From positions 36,595 to 100,594 of the forward strand of contig CBDCGI010000001.1 of the NCBI GenBank assembly GCA_965216725.1: a stretch of DNA of 64,000 bases, given 5' to 3'. Position numbers and translations under genes: made by a program. Position 1 is the stretch's first letter, and each line of letters starts with the position of its first letter. The notes under the pieces are model-generated. The model saw nothing but the letters and a program-made list of their open reading frames with translations. It had not been told where the DNA came from and ran no database searches. Below are positions 32,725 to 41,836 of the stretch, in pieces. Source of the DNA: Acidimicrobiia bacterium (GTDB taxonomy: Bacteria > Actinomycetota > Acidimicrobiia > Spongiisociales > ZC4RG35).

Positions 32725-32852
32725 TTGACCGCTCAGATCTCACGGGCAATACTCTTCACCTGATGAACGGCACAACTGCTCTCATCATTATCGGCTAGGC
32801 GCAGACCACCCAGGTCTGTGCCCTTAACCCTCTGCCTGGCAGGGGGTTTTCT
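32725..32852 (+). promoter_or_regulatory. Promoter, leader peptide and attenuator upstream of cimA
   Basis: TTGACC-17-AATACT; leader ORF 32763-32798 MNGTTALIIIG*; terminator AACCCTCTG...CAGGGGGTTTT at 32826-32850. Confidence 0.8.
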
Positions 32853-32870
32853 CATTCCCGGGAGCAACAT

Positions 32871-34433
32871 ATGGAACTCGAGATATACGACACAACTCTG
32901 CGAGACGGGTCCCAGCAAGAGGGGATCACCCTGACGGTGGGTGACAAGCTCCGCATCGCCTCGCTCCTCGACGATCTCGGTGTCGCATTCATCGAGGGTG
33001 GATGGCCGGGAGCGAACGGAAAAGACACCGAGTTTTTCCACCGGGCCGGAAAGGAGCTGCATTTGCGCAACGCAAAGCTGACTGCTTTCGGATCGACCAG
33101 ACGACCCAACGGCGTTTCCGACGACGATGCACAACTCCGCGCCTTGCTCGACTCGGGAACCGAGCACATCTGCATTGTCGGCAAGAGTTGGGACTACCAC
33201 GTGTCAGGCACCTTGCGCGTCGGTCTCGACGAGGGAGTCCGCATGGTTGGGGACTCGGTCCGCTTCCTCGCGGACCGCGGTCATAAAGTCTTCTTCGACG
33301 CCGAGCACTTCTTCGACGGTCACAAGTCCAATCCCCAATTCTCATTGGAGGTTCTTCGCGTCGCCTTGGAGAACGGTGCGGAGCGATTGGTTCTCTGCGA
33401 CACCAACGGTGGCACCCTTCCGAGCGAGGTTCTCGACGCCATCAACAACGTCAAGGCTGAGCTTCCCGAAGCAGAGGTGGGCGTCCATTTTCACAACGAC
33501 GTAGGCACGGCTGTCGCTTCGTCGATCGCCGCGGTGGAAGCCGGTGTCCGACAGGTCCAAGGATGCATCAACGGATACGGCGAACGCACCGGCAACGCCA
33601 ACTTGTCGACGCTCATCCCCGACTTACAGCTGAAGATGGGACGAAAGGTGGTCACGGGCGACCTGACCCTCCTTTCGCCCATCTCGCACCACATCGCAGA
33701 GATCGTCAATCTCACTCTCAGCCCACACCAGCCTTACGTCGGATCGTCCGCCTTCACTCACAAAGCCGGGCTCCACACGTCGGCCCTGACGCGCCGTCGG
33801 GACGCCTACGAGCACGAGCCACCCGAAGCTGTCGGCAACGCCACCCGCATGGTTGTCAGCGAGCTGGCAGGTCGTGCCGCCATACAGCAGAAAGCGAGCG
33901 ACATGGGCCTCATGGTGAGTGATGATCTCGCCAAGGAGATCGTGAACCAGGTCAAGGCCTTGGAGCACTCGGGCTATCACTTCGAAGCAGCTGACGGCTC
34001 ATTCGAGCTTCTCGTGAGAAAGATGACGGGCTGGGTCAACCCCTATTTCGTCCTCGAATCGTTCCGGGTCCATTCCGATCGCCGGGCCGGTGCCGAGATC
34101 ATCAGCGAGGCGACCCTCAGACTGCAGACGGGGACGGAGAGCGTCCTCAGTGCCGGCGAGGGAGTAGGCCCAGTTCATGCACTCGACAACGCTTTGAGGT
34201 CGGCTCTCCGCGAACGGTATCCCCAAGTCGATGAGCTGCGTCTCACCGACTACCGGGTGCGTGTGCTCGACAGCGACGAGGGGACGTCAGCCAGGGTGAG
34301 AGTGTTGGTGGAGACGTCCGACAGGGATGGGTCGTGGGGAACTATCGGGGTGCACGAGAACGTGATCGAGGCGTCTTGGGAGGCCTTGTCCGATGGCATT
34401 GTCGTCGGGCTGATCCGGCAGGAAGCTCAATGA
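32871..34433 (+). CDS. cimA: Citramalate synthase
   Basis: YDTTLRDGSQ, IEGGWPGAN, FDAEHFFDG, HFHND, HKAGLH, LeuA-type regulatory domain; Ile-rich leader. Confidence 0.88.
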   Translation: MELEIYDTTLRDGSQQEGITLTVGDKLRIASLLDDLGVAFIEGGWPGANGKDTEFFHRAGKELHLRNAKLTAFGSTRRPNGVSDDDAQLRALLDSGTEHICIVGKSWDYHVSGTLRVGLDEGVRMVGDSVRFLADRGHKVFFDAEHFFDGHKSNPQFSLEVLRVALENGAERLVLCDTNGGTLPSEVLDAINNVKAELPEAEVGVHFHNDVGTAVASSIAAVEAGVRQVQGCINGYGERTGNANLSTLIPDLQLKMGRKVVTGDLTLLSPISHHIAEIVNLTLSPHQPYVGSSAFTHKAGLHTSALTRRRDAYEHEPPEAVGNATRMVVSELAGRAAIQQKASDMGLMVSDDLAKEIVNQVKALEHSGYHFEAADGSFELLVRKMTGWVNPYFVLESFRVHSDRRAGAEIISEATLRLQTGTESVLSAGEGVGPVHALDNALRSALRERYPQVDELRLTDYRVRVLDSDEGTSARVRVLVETSDRDGSWGTIGVHENVIEASWEALSDGIVVGLIRQEAQ

Positions 34434-34526
34434 GTCATCTCACTCCTGGCCGATTGAGCCGACCGACTCGGCTTCGGCGGCAAACAAGTCCCAACTAGTA
34501 CGGTGTCGCCCAGCCGACCTGGAGGA

Positions 34527-34898
34527 TTGGGCATTATCAAGGAATTCCGCGAATTCATCGACCGAGGCAATGTCGTCGAGGTTGCGGTGGCCTTTGTCAT
34601 GGGTGTCGCTTTTGCGGCCGTGGTCTCCTCGTTCACCGAGCGAATCATCAACCCGGCAATCGGCTTGGTGTTCGATTTGGACAGTCTCGACGAGGTGTGG
34701 ACCTTTGCCAACGGCGAGGGGAGTGTGGGTGCGTTCCTGGGAGCATTGATCAACTTTGTGCTCGTTGCTCTGGTCCTGTTCCTGGTGGTGAAGGCATACA
34801 ACTCCTCCAGGCGTGACCAGGATGAGGCCGAAGGCGGTGGCCCATCCGAAGAGGTGACCCTGCTACGGGAGATTCGCGACTCCCTGGCACGTCGCTGA
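34527..34898 (+). CDS. mscL: Large-conductance mechanosensitive channel
   Basis: IKEFREFIDRGNVVEVAVAFVMG...GAFLGALINF...LLREIRDSL. Confidence 0.93.
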   Translation: MGIIKEFREFIDRGNVVEVAVAFVMGVAFAAVVSSFTERIINPAIGLVFDLDSLDEVWTFANGEGSVGAFLGALINFVLVALVLFLVVKAYNSSRRDQDEAEGGGPSEEVTLLREIRDSLARR

Positions 34899-34918
34899 CG
34901 CCGGAGGCATAAACACCC

Positions 34919-35710
34919 GTGGCTCTCGAAGTCCTCGAACATCGGTCGGGCAGGGAGTATTCGGGCCAGGCCCCGTTGCTCTTTGTTCACGGCTATTGGC
35001 AGGCGGCGTGGTGCTGGGCGGAATTCATCATGCCTGAGCTGGCAAGAAGGGGCCACGACTGTTTCGCAGTGAGTCTCACCGGGCACGGCGGGAGCCCGGG
35101 CAAGATCCGTGGGCGGTCGGTTCGTGATCACGTCGAGGATGTCTACGAGGTAGTGGCCCGATTCGACAGGCCGCCGATTGTCGTCGGTCACTCGATGGGA
35201 GGTTTTGTCGTCCAGCATTACGCGGCTCACGGCCACCCCGCAACCGGTTTGCTGCTTGTTTCGCCGGTCCCTCCCCAAGGGGCGTGGAGAGTCACATGGC
35301 GCGTGGCAACAACACATCCCGGCAAGTTCATAAAGGCAAACCTGTTGTTCGACATCGGGGCTGTGGTCGAGAAGCCCGACCATGCCTACGAATGGCTGTT
35401 CAATGCCCGCTTTCCGCGGGAGGAAGCGGATCAATACGTCGACCGATGGGAGCGGGCCTCGTACCGGACGTTCCTCGATTTGTTGTTCCGCAAGCCGAAG
35501 ACCGAGTCGATCGGCGTCCCGCTGCAGATTGTGGGGGGCGACGAGGACGCGCTGTTCGCCGTCGGGGAGTGGGAGCAGGCGGCCGAGCGTCTCGGAGCGG
35601 AACTGCACGTGCTCTCCGGGACCGGTCATCAGGTGATGTTGGAGCCGGCGTGGCGTCAGTTGGCCGACGCGATCGACTCGTTCGCTTCGGAATTGAATCG
35701 GCGCGGCTAG
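34919..35710 (+). CDS. Alpha/beta hydrolase
   Basis: FVHG, GHSMGG, GGDED, GHQVML. Confidence 0.85.
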   Translation: MALEVLEHRSGREYSGQAPLLFVHGYWQAAWCWAEFIMPELARRGHDCFAVSLTGHGGSPGKIRGRSVRDHVEDVYEVVARFDRPPIVVGHSMGGFVVQHYAAHGHPATGLLLVSPVPPQGAWRVTWRVATTHPGKFIKANLLFDIGAVVEKPDHAYEWLFNARFPREEADQYVDRWERASYRTFLDLLFRKPKTESIGVPLQIVGGDEDALFAVGEWEQAAERLGAELHVLSGTGHQVMLEPAWRQLADAIDSFASELNRRG

Positions 35711-36708
35711 ACGCTGACCTCGGCCCGTTCACCGGCCCGGAGATGACAGGCCGCGAGATGGTGCTCGCCGTACGGAGACGTCATCAACTCTGGGACCTCC
35801 ACGTCGCACAAACCCGACCTGGCGATGGGACACCTCGGGTGGAAATGGCATCCGGGCGGCGGATCAAGCGGCGAAGGTATCTCACCTTGCAGAATCGTCC
35901 TGTCCCGGGGACGGTCGGGGTCGGGGATCGGGATCGCCGAGAGCAAAGCTTCGGTGTAGGGATGAAGGGGTTTCTTGTAGAGAGTGTCCCGATCGGTGAT
36001 CTCGACGATTCTGCCCAGGTACATGACTGCTACGCGATCGGAGATGTGCTCCACGACTGCCAGGTTGTGGGCGACGAATAGGAGCGTGAGGTCGAGCTCG
36101 GATTGCAGTTCTTTCAACAAGTTGAGGACCTGGGCCTGAACCGACACGTCCAGGGCTGACACAGGTTCGTCGGCCACGACGAAATCGGGACGCAGGATGA
36201 GGGCTCGGGCGATGCCTATTCGTTGCCGCTGGCCACCTGAGAACTCGTGTGGATAGCGGCCGATGTGATCACGTTTGAGGCCAACAAGCTCCAGCATTTC
36301 TGCGACCCGCTCTTCTCTCTCGTCCCGGTCGGAGACGCCGTGGAGACGCAACCCCTCTGATATCGAAACTCCCACCTGGGCGCGGGGATCGAGCGATCCG
36401 AAAGGGTCCTGGAAGATGATCTGGACCCGCCGCCGGAATGGCTTGAGGTTCTTGTCTTTGATGTGGGCGATCTCCTCGCCGTCGAACTTGATCGAGCCGC
36501 TGGTTGGCTCGAGGAGACGAACCAGCATCCTTCCCAGAGTGGTCTTGCCACAGCCGGACTCGCCGACAAGGCCCACGGTCTCGCCCCTCTTGATGTCGAG
36601 GTCGACTCCCGCCACCGCGTTCACCTCTGCGACTGTCTTCTGCAGCAGGCCGGCCTTCACCGGGAACTGCTTCACCAAATCACGGACCTCGATCAGATTC
36701 TCAGTCAT
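35707..36708 (-). CDS. dppF: Oligo/dipeptide ABC transporter ATP-binding protein
   Basis: [29 protein letters not shown]-terminal Cys cluster. Confidence 0.85.
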   Translation of the reverse strand: MTENLIEVRDLVKQFPVKAGLLQKTVAEVNAVAGVDLDIKRGETVGLVGESGCGKTTLGRMLVRLLEPTSGSIKFDGEEIAHIKDKNLKPFRRRVQIIFQDPFGSLDPRAQVGVSISEGLRLHGVSDRDEREERVAEMLELVGLKRDHIGRYPHEFSGGQRQRIGIARALILRPDFVVADEPVSALDVSVQAQVLNLLKELQSELDLTLLFVAHNLAVVEHISDRVAVMYLGRIVEITDRDTLYKKPLHPYTEALLSAIPIPDPDRPRDRTILQGEIPSPLDPPPGCHFHPRCPIARSGLCDVEVPELMTSPYGEHHLAACHLRAGERAEVSV

Positions 36709-37753
36709 CCGGTGCATCTTGGTAGAGCCAGCAGCGGACTTTGTGTCCTTCCTCGACCTCGACAAGGTCGGGCTCGCGCTGATTGCAGACCTCCAGACCG
36801 TGTTCCACCCTGCTCACGCATCGCGAGGCAAACCGGCAGCCGGGTGGTAGATCGACCAGCGAGGGGACCACACCGGGGATGGTGGCGAGCCGCTCCTTGA
36901 GATCTCCCAGGATGGGGATCGATCCGATGAGACCCTCGGTGTAAGGGTGCATCGGGTTGTTGAACATGGAGCGGACGTCCGTCTCCTCGACTATCTGGCC
37001 GGCATACATCACCGCCACTCGGTCCGCCATCTCCGCTACGACTCCCAGATCATGGGTAATGAGGATGACCGCGGTCCCGGTCTCGCTCTTCAGGGCACGC
37101 ATCAGATCCAAGATCTGGGCCTGAATCGTCACGTCGAGAGCCGTGGTCGGCTCGTCGGCGATCAGCAACTCGGGCTCGCATGCCAGAGCCATGGCAATCA
37201 TGATGCGCTGGGCCATTCCGCCGGACAACTCATGGGGGTACGCCTTGGCCCGTCTGGCGGGATCGGGGATCCCCACCCGGGCCAGCATCTCAACCACCCG
37301 CTCCTCCTCGATGTCCTCTTTCCAATCTCTGTGGAGCTCGAACACCTCCTTGATCTGGAGACCGGCCCGGTGGACGGGGTTGAGAGCTGATGTCGGCTGC
37401 TGGAAGATCATCGAGATGTGCTCACCCCGCAGTGCCCGCAGCTCCTTCGCGGACATGTCAACGATGTTGCGGTCTCCGAAGATGATGTCACCGGCAACCA
37501 CCTCTCCCGGTAGGGGGACCAGCCCCATGATGCTCAGCGAAGTGACCGACTTCCCGCAGCCCGACTCGCCGACGATCCCCAGCACCTCGCCGCGATCGAC
37601 ATGAAAGTCGATGCCATCTACTGCTTTCACCAACCCGTCGCGAGTGTCGAAGTGGGTCTTCAACCCTTGAACCTGGAGCAGGCGCTCTCCAACCTCGACC
37701 GGGACTTGGACGTCGAGATCGATTGCGGCTTCGGAGGCAGGCTCGGCGGTCAT
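36701..37753 (-). CDS. dppD: Oligo/dipeptide ABC transporter ATP-binding protein
   Basis: [28 protein letters not shown]. Confidence 0.85.
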   Translation of the reverse strand: MTAEPASEAAIDLDVQVPVEVGERLLQVQGLKTHFDTRDGLVKAVDGIDFHVDRGEVLGIVGESGCGKSVTSLSIMGLVPLPGEVVAGDIIFGDRNIVDMSAKELRALRGEHISMIFQQPTSALNPVHRAGLQIKEVFELHRDWKEDIEEERVVEMLARVGIPDPARRAKAYPHELSGGMAQRIMIAMALACEPELLIADEPTTALDVTIQAQILDLMRALKSETGTAVILITHDLGVVAEMADRVAVMYAGQIVEETDVRSMFNNPMHPYTEGLIGSIPILGDLKERLATIPGVVPSLVDLPPGCRFASRCVSRVEHGLEVCNQREPDLVEVEEGHKVRCWLYQDAPDD

Positions 37754-38742
37754 CGGTTCAGTGTGGGGTCGAGTGCATCGCGGAGGCCGTCACCCATGAG
37801 GTTGAAGCCGAGAACGGTGATCATGATCGCCAAACCGGGGAAGAAGACGAGGTGAGGAGCGGTGAACACGTTGTTCCGCTCTTCGGAGAGCATCGAGCCC
37901 CACTCCGGGATCCGGGGGTCGTCGCCGAGGCCTAGGAAGGAGAGCCCGGCGGCTTCGAGGATGGCGGTGGCGACTCCGAGGGTTGCCAGCACCACCAGGG
38001 GTGTGAGTGCGTTGGGGATTATCCGGCGGAACAGAAGCTGTCTCGGCGCCGATCCCAAGGCCCGCGAAGCCGCGACGTAGTCTGCCTCTTTGATTGCGAG
38101 CACCTGGGCGCGCATCACCCGCGCGTACTGGGGAATGGTGACGATGGCGATGGCAATGAGGGCGTTGTTGAGCCCGTTGCCGAGCACGGCCACGATGGCG
38201 ATCGCCAACAGCAGCGCGGGGAAGCCGAGGATCACATCCATGATTCGCATGATCACGTTGTCGAGCCATCCTGCCCGGTACCCGGCGATGGCGCCGAGAG
38301 TGCTCCCTACCAGAAGAGCGAGGGTGACCGTGAAGAACCCGAGGCGGAGGCTCACCCGTGATCCGAAGATGATCCGGGAGAACTCGTCGCGCACATTCCC
38401 GTCGATGCCCATGATGTGCTGGGGCTGGTCCTCGGGGCAGCCCAGCAGATGAATGCACGGCGGGTCGCGTCTCTGGACGTCCTGTTTGCCGATGAAATCC
38501 TCCTGAGGGTCGTAAGGGGCCAGGACGGGGGCGAATATGGCCACAAGAATCAAAGAGACGACGATGACCAGACCCACCATGCCCGATTTGCGGCCTCGGA
38601 ATCGGCGGAGCGCCAACCGCCACTGACTGAGTGGCTTCTCATAGAGCCTCTCCACGTCTCCAGCCTGACTCTGCAGAGCCTCGATGGCCGCGGTCCGGGA
38701 CATGACGGGCGAAGAGCGGAAGCGGGACCGTTCGTCGGTCAT
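37750..38742 (-). CDS. dppC: Peptide ABC transporter permease
   Basis: EAA loop YVAASRALG, LSFLGLG, PEWG, GDGLRDALDP. Confidence 0.85.
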   Translation of the reverse strand: MTDERSRFRSSPVMSRTAAIEALQSQAGDVERLYEKPLSQWRLALRRFRGRKSGMVGLVIVVSLILVAIFAPVLAPYDPQEDFIGKQDVQRRDPPCIHLLGCPEDQPQHIMGIDGNVRDEFSRIIFGSRVSLRLGFFTVTLALLVGSTLGAIAGYRAGWLDNVIMRIMDVILGFPALLLAIAIVAVLGNGLNNALIAIAIVTIPQYARVMRAQVLAIKEADYVAASRALGSAPRQLLFRRIIPNALTPLVVLATLGVATAILEAAGLSFLGLGDDPRIPEWGSMLSEERNNVFTAPHLVFFPGLAIMITVLGFNLMGDGLRDALDPTLNR

Positions 38743-39818
38743 TCCAGCCGAATCCTCGGGTCGAGATAAGCGTAAGAAAGGTCAACCAGCAGGTTGACGA
38801 GGACATAGACCGAAGCCACGACAACCGTGAAGCCCTGGACCACCGCGTAGTCACGGCCCAGAATCGCGTCGAATAGGGCGCGGCCGATCCCGGCAAGGTT
38901 GAAGATCGTCTCGGTGAGCACCGCTCCGCCGAGGAGGGTACCCAATTGCAGACCCACGATGGTGACCACCGGGAGCATCGCGTTTCTCAGGGCGTGGCTG
39001 CGGACAACTGTGCCTTCTTTGGCTCCCTTGGCACGGGCGGTCCGGATGTAATCCTTCCCCATTGCCTCGAGAAGCGATGACCTGGTGATTCTGGCGATGA
39101 TGGCCAGCGGGATGGTCGCCAGGGCGACAGCGGGGAGGATCATGTGCCTTACCGCGTCCCAGAAGACTTCCCACTGCCCGGTTATGAAGTTGTTGAAGAT
39201 GTAGTGGTTGGAGATGTATTCGTTGATCCCATACCAGGTGGTTCCCTCTTCCAGGTCCCATCCCCAGTGCTCAAAGTAAGGGATGGAGAACACTCCCGCC
39301 TGGAGCCGTCCAGAAGGTGGAAGTTCGAAAGGAGTGTCCTGTAACACGAGTGCGAAAACGTAAGCCAGCATCAGACCCAGCCAGAAGACCGGCATCGACA
39401 CACCGATGTTGGCGAAGGCCATGGTGCCGGTATCGACCACCGTGTTGTGGCGACGTGCGGCGATGACACCGAGCGGGACTCCTACGGAGACAGCGATGAA
39501 GAGAGCCGACACGGCGAGTTCGGTGGTGAGAGGGAGGCGCTGGACCAGCAGCTCGCTGACGGGTATCGAGAACCGGATCGACTCCCCGAGGTTGAAGGTC
39601 ACCACGTTCTTCATGTAGATCCCGAGCTGGACCCAGATGGGCTCGTTCAGCCCGTTGGCTTCGTTGAACCTCTCGCATGCCTCCTCCGTGGCGCGTTCGC
39701 CAAGAAGTGCGATGCAGGGGTCTCCGGGAATGGCCCGGATGAGGAAGAAGACCACCACCATGATCCCGACGAGCACCGGGATGGCCAGAGTGATTCGGCG
39801 TGCGATGTAGGTGAGCAT
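38739..39818 (-). CDS. dppB: Peptide ABC transporter permease
   Basis: IPGDP, DYIRTARAKG, HALRNA, LDPRI. Confidence 0.85.
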   Translation of the reverse strand: MLTYIARRITLAIPVLVGIMVVVFFLIRAIPGDPCIALLGERATEEACERFNEANGLNEPIWVQLGIYMKNVVTFNLGESIRFSIPVSELLVQRLPLTTELAVSALFIAVSVGVPLGVIAARRHNTVVDTGTMAFANIGVSMPVFWLGLMLAYVFALVLQDTPFELPPSGRLQAGVFSIPYFEHWGWDLEEGTTWYGINEYISNHYIFNNFITGQWEVFWDAVRHMILPAVALATIPLAIIARITRSSLLEAMGKDYIRTARAKGAKEGTVVRSHALRNAMLPVVTIVGLQLGTLLGGAVLTETIFNLAGIGRALFDAILGRDYAVVQGFTVVVASVYVLVNLLVDLSYAYLDPRIRLE

Positions 39819-39841
39819 TGGTGGCGGCTATCGAGAGTAGG

Positions 39842-39873
39842 CAAGGGGGAGGCGCCGATGGCGCCTCCCCCTT
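39842..39873 (-). terminator. Stem-loop between the SBP and permease genes
   Basis: CAAGGGGGAGGCGCC-GAT-GGCGCCTCCCCCTTG perfect inverted repeat. Confidence 0.7.
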
Positions 39874-39897
39874 GATTGTCTTGTATCCGCTAGAGGA

Positions 39898-41613
39898 TTA
39901 CTCCTCAGCCGGAGGTGGGTTGATGAGGCTGTCCCACAGGTAGGCGTAGTAGTCGAACGCACCCGAGTTACCCACATGGAGCTCACTCGCTGCGTCGAGT
40001 CCCGCCGTGAATGTGGCGACAACGTCGTTGGCGTCGAAGTCGGAGCCGTCGTGGAACTTGACGCCCTGCTTCAGGGTGCAACTCCACTGCGACAGATCGT
40101 CGTTCGGCTCGCAGGCCTCGGCCAGCTGCGGCTGGACTTCGCCAGTCGGGCTGTACGAGTACAGGGGCTCGACGACCTGAGCGCATGCCCGGAGCGACTC
40201 ACCGTCGGACTCGTCGGCGCAGTACAGCGAGATCGGCTCGTTGCCCTGCATGAAGACGTAGGTGTCTTCGCCGTTGTCCATCAGGTTGAACAGCACCTGA
40301 CCCCATGGCGGTGCGTAGGCACCGTCGACATCAGCACCAAAAGCAAAAGCTGTGGCGCCGTGGACGACCGGGATCATCGGCACGACCTCCTTGAGGGCGT
40401 TGTTCGCCGCTGCATACAGAGCCGGGTCTGCGTCGGCCTGCTTCGAGGCCTCCGAAAGTGGATCTGCATACGACGCGTCGTTCACCCCGAACTGCGGGTT
40501 GTCAGCGTTGAAGTGGAAGTCCAAGAAGTTGGTGATGTGCGGGTAGTCACCCGTCCACCCCAGCAGATGGATCCCTTCGTACTGGCCCTGGGTCGTGGTC
40601 TGGATGAATTCGCCAGACTCGATGACCTCGACAGTCGCGTTGATGTTCAGGTTTGCCGCCAGCTGAGCTGCGATGTCTTGGGCGACAGCGCCAGGCTCAG
40701 GCAGGTAGCCACGGAACACATCGCGATAGGCGATGGTGGTCTCGAACCCGTTCGGGAACCCGGCGTCGGCGAGCATCTGCTGCGCCGCATCAACATCGAA
40801 TTCGTACCAAGAGTCACCTTCACAACCGAATTCGACCGAGCACGGCGTGAAGTGTGATGCAACCTCAGACCCTGGCGGGTAGAAGGTGTCCACAATCCGC
40901 TGCCGGTCGATGCCGAGTGCGATCGCCTTGCGAACGTCGACATTGTCGAAGGGTGCGAACGTGTTGGTGAAGCCGATGTAGAAGATGTTCGGCTCGGGCT
41001 TACCGATCAGGCTGAGGTCGGGGTCTTCGTCGATCACCGGGTAATCGTCGGTGCTCGGGAAGGTGATCCCATCCACGTTGCCAGACTGCAGTTCGAGCAG
41101 ACGCTGCGCACCCTCGGTGGCCCAGCGAAGGACCGCCGTCTGGTGTGCCGGCTGCTGTCCGTAGTAATCCGGGAACGCCTCGTAGACGACGGAGTCACCC
41201 CGCACCCACTCGACCAGGCTGTAAGGCCCGGTGCCGATCGGGTTGTCGAGCGGAGCGCCACCTGTGGCCTGGAGATGCTCAGACGGCTGGATGCCGAAGA
41301 CGCTGAAAGCCATCTTCGCCAAGAAAGCCGGGTCGGGACTACAGAGCTGGAAATCGACGGTGAACTCGTCGACGGCAGTCACCGATTGGATCTTGCCGCC
41401 GTAGTCACATCCGCCTGCGTCCAACACGAGGCCTTCAAAGTCACCGCCGGGGGCCGCCGTTGTGGTGGTGTCCCCGTCCGATGGCGGTGCAGTGGTGTCG
41501 GCCCCGCCGCCCGCGGTGGTGGTCGTGTCGTCGCCATCGCCGTCGCCGTCGCCACAAGCGGCGACGATCAACGCGAGGACGCCGACAAACGCCAACCAGC
41601 GCAGTCGTTTCAT
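39898..41613 (-). CDS. Family 5 peptide ABC substrate-binding lipoprotein, circularly permuted
   Basis: Lipobox VAAC; PIGTGPY; VRKAIALGIDR; canonical N-terminal motifs (PQLAE...LKQGVKFHDGSDFDANDV) located at the C-terminus; RBS GGAGG. Confidence 0.88.
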   Translation of the reverse strand: MKRLRWLAFVGVLALIVAACGDGDGDGDDTTTTAGGGADTTAPPSDGDTTTTAAPGGDFEGLVLDAGGCDYGGKIQSVTAVDEFTVDFQLCSPDPAFLAKMAFSVFGIQPSEHLQATGGAPLDNPIGTGPYSLVEWVRGDSVVYEAFPDYYGQQPAHQTAVLRWATEGAQRLLELQSGNVDGITFPSTDDYPVIDEDPDLSLIGKPEPNIFYIGFTNTFAPFDNVDVRKAIALGIDRQRIVDTFYPPGSEVASHFTPCSVEFGCEGDSWYEFDVDAAQQMLADAGFPNGFETTIAYRDVFRGYLPEPGAVAQDIAAQLAANLNINATVEVIESGEFIQTTTQGQYEGIHLLGWTGDYPHITNFLDFHFNADNPQFGVNDASYADPLSEASKQADADPALYAAANNALKEVVPMIPVVHGATAFAFGADVDGAYAPPWGQVLFNLMDNGEDTYVFMQGNEPISLYCADESDGESLRACAQVVEPLYSYSPTGEVQPQLAEACEPNDDLSQWSCTLKQGVKFHDGSDFDANDVVATFTAGLDAASELHVGNSGAFDYYAYLWDSLINPPPAEE

Positions 41614-41836
41614 ATTTTCATCCTCCCTTGTTTGGGTTAGATCGCTGCCGGTCTCCCGGCCGCGAGCAGGCAACGGTACATCTTTCGCCCGCAACCTGCG
41701 ATATGTCTTTGCCCGCGACACGTCTGGCGTGTCATCCCATACTCTCGCTCCTTAGGAGGAGAGCGTCATATGTGGGACTTTTGCCGAGGAGAATGAGGGA
41801 TTCTTGAGCTCGAGGCGTAACTACCCTCCACTGCCA

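Noticed and set aside
34427-35629. Long antisense ORFs (e.g. 34427-35629, 51214-52365, 60941-61864)
   Set aside because: Opposite-strand shadows of well-supported genes, expected in high-GC DNA; no recognisable motifs
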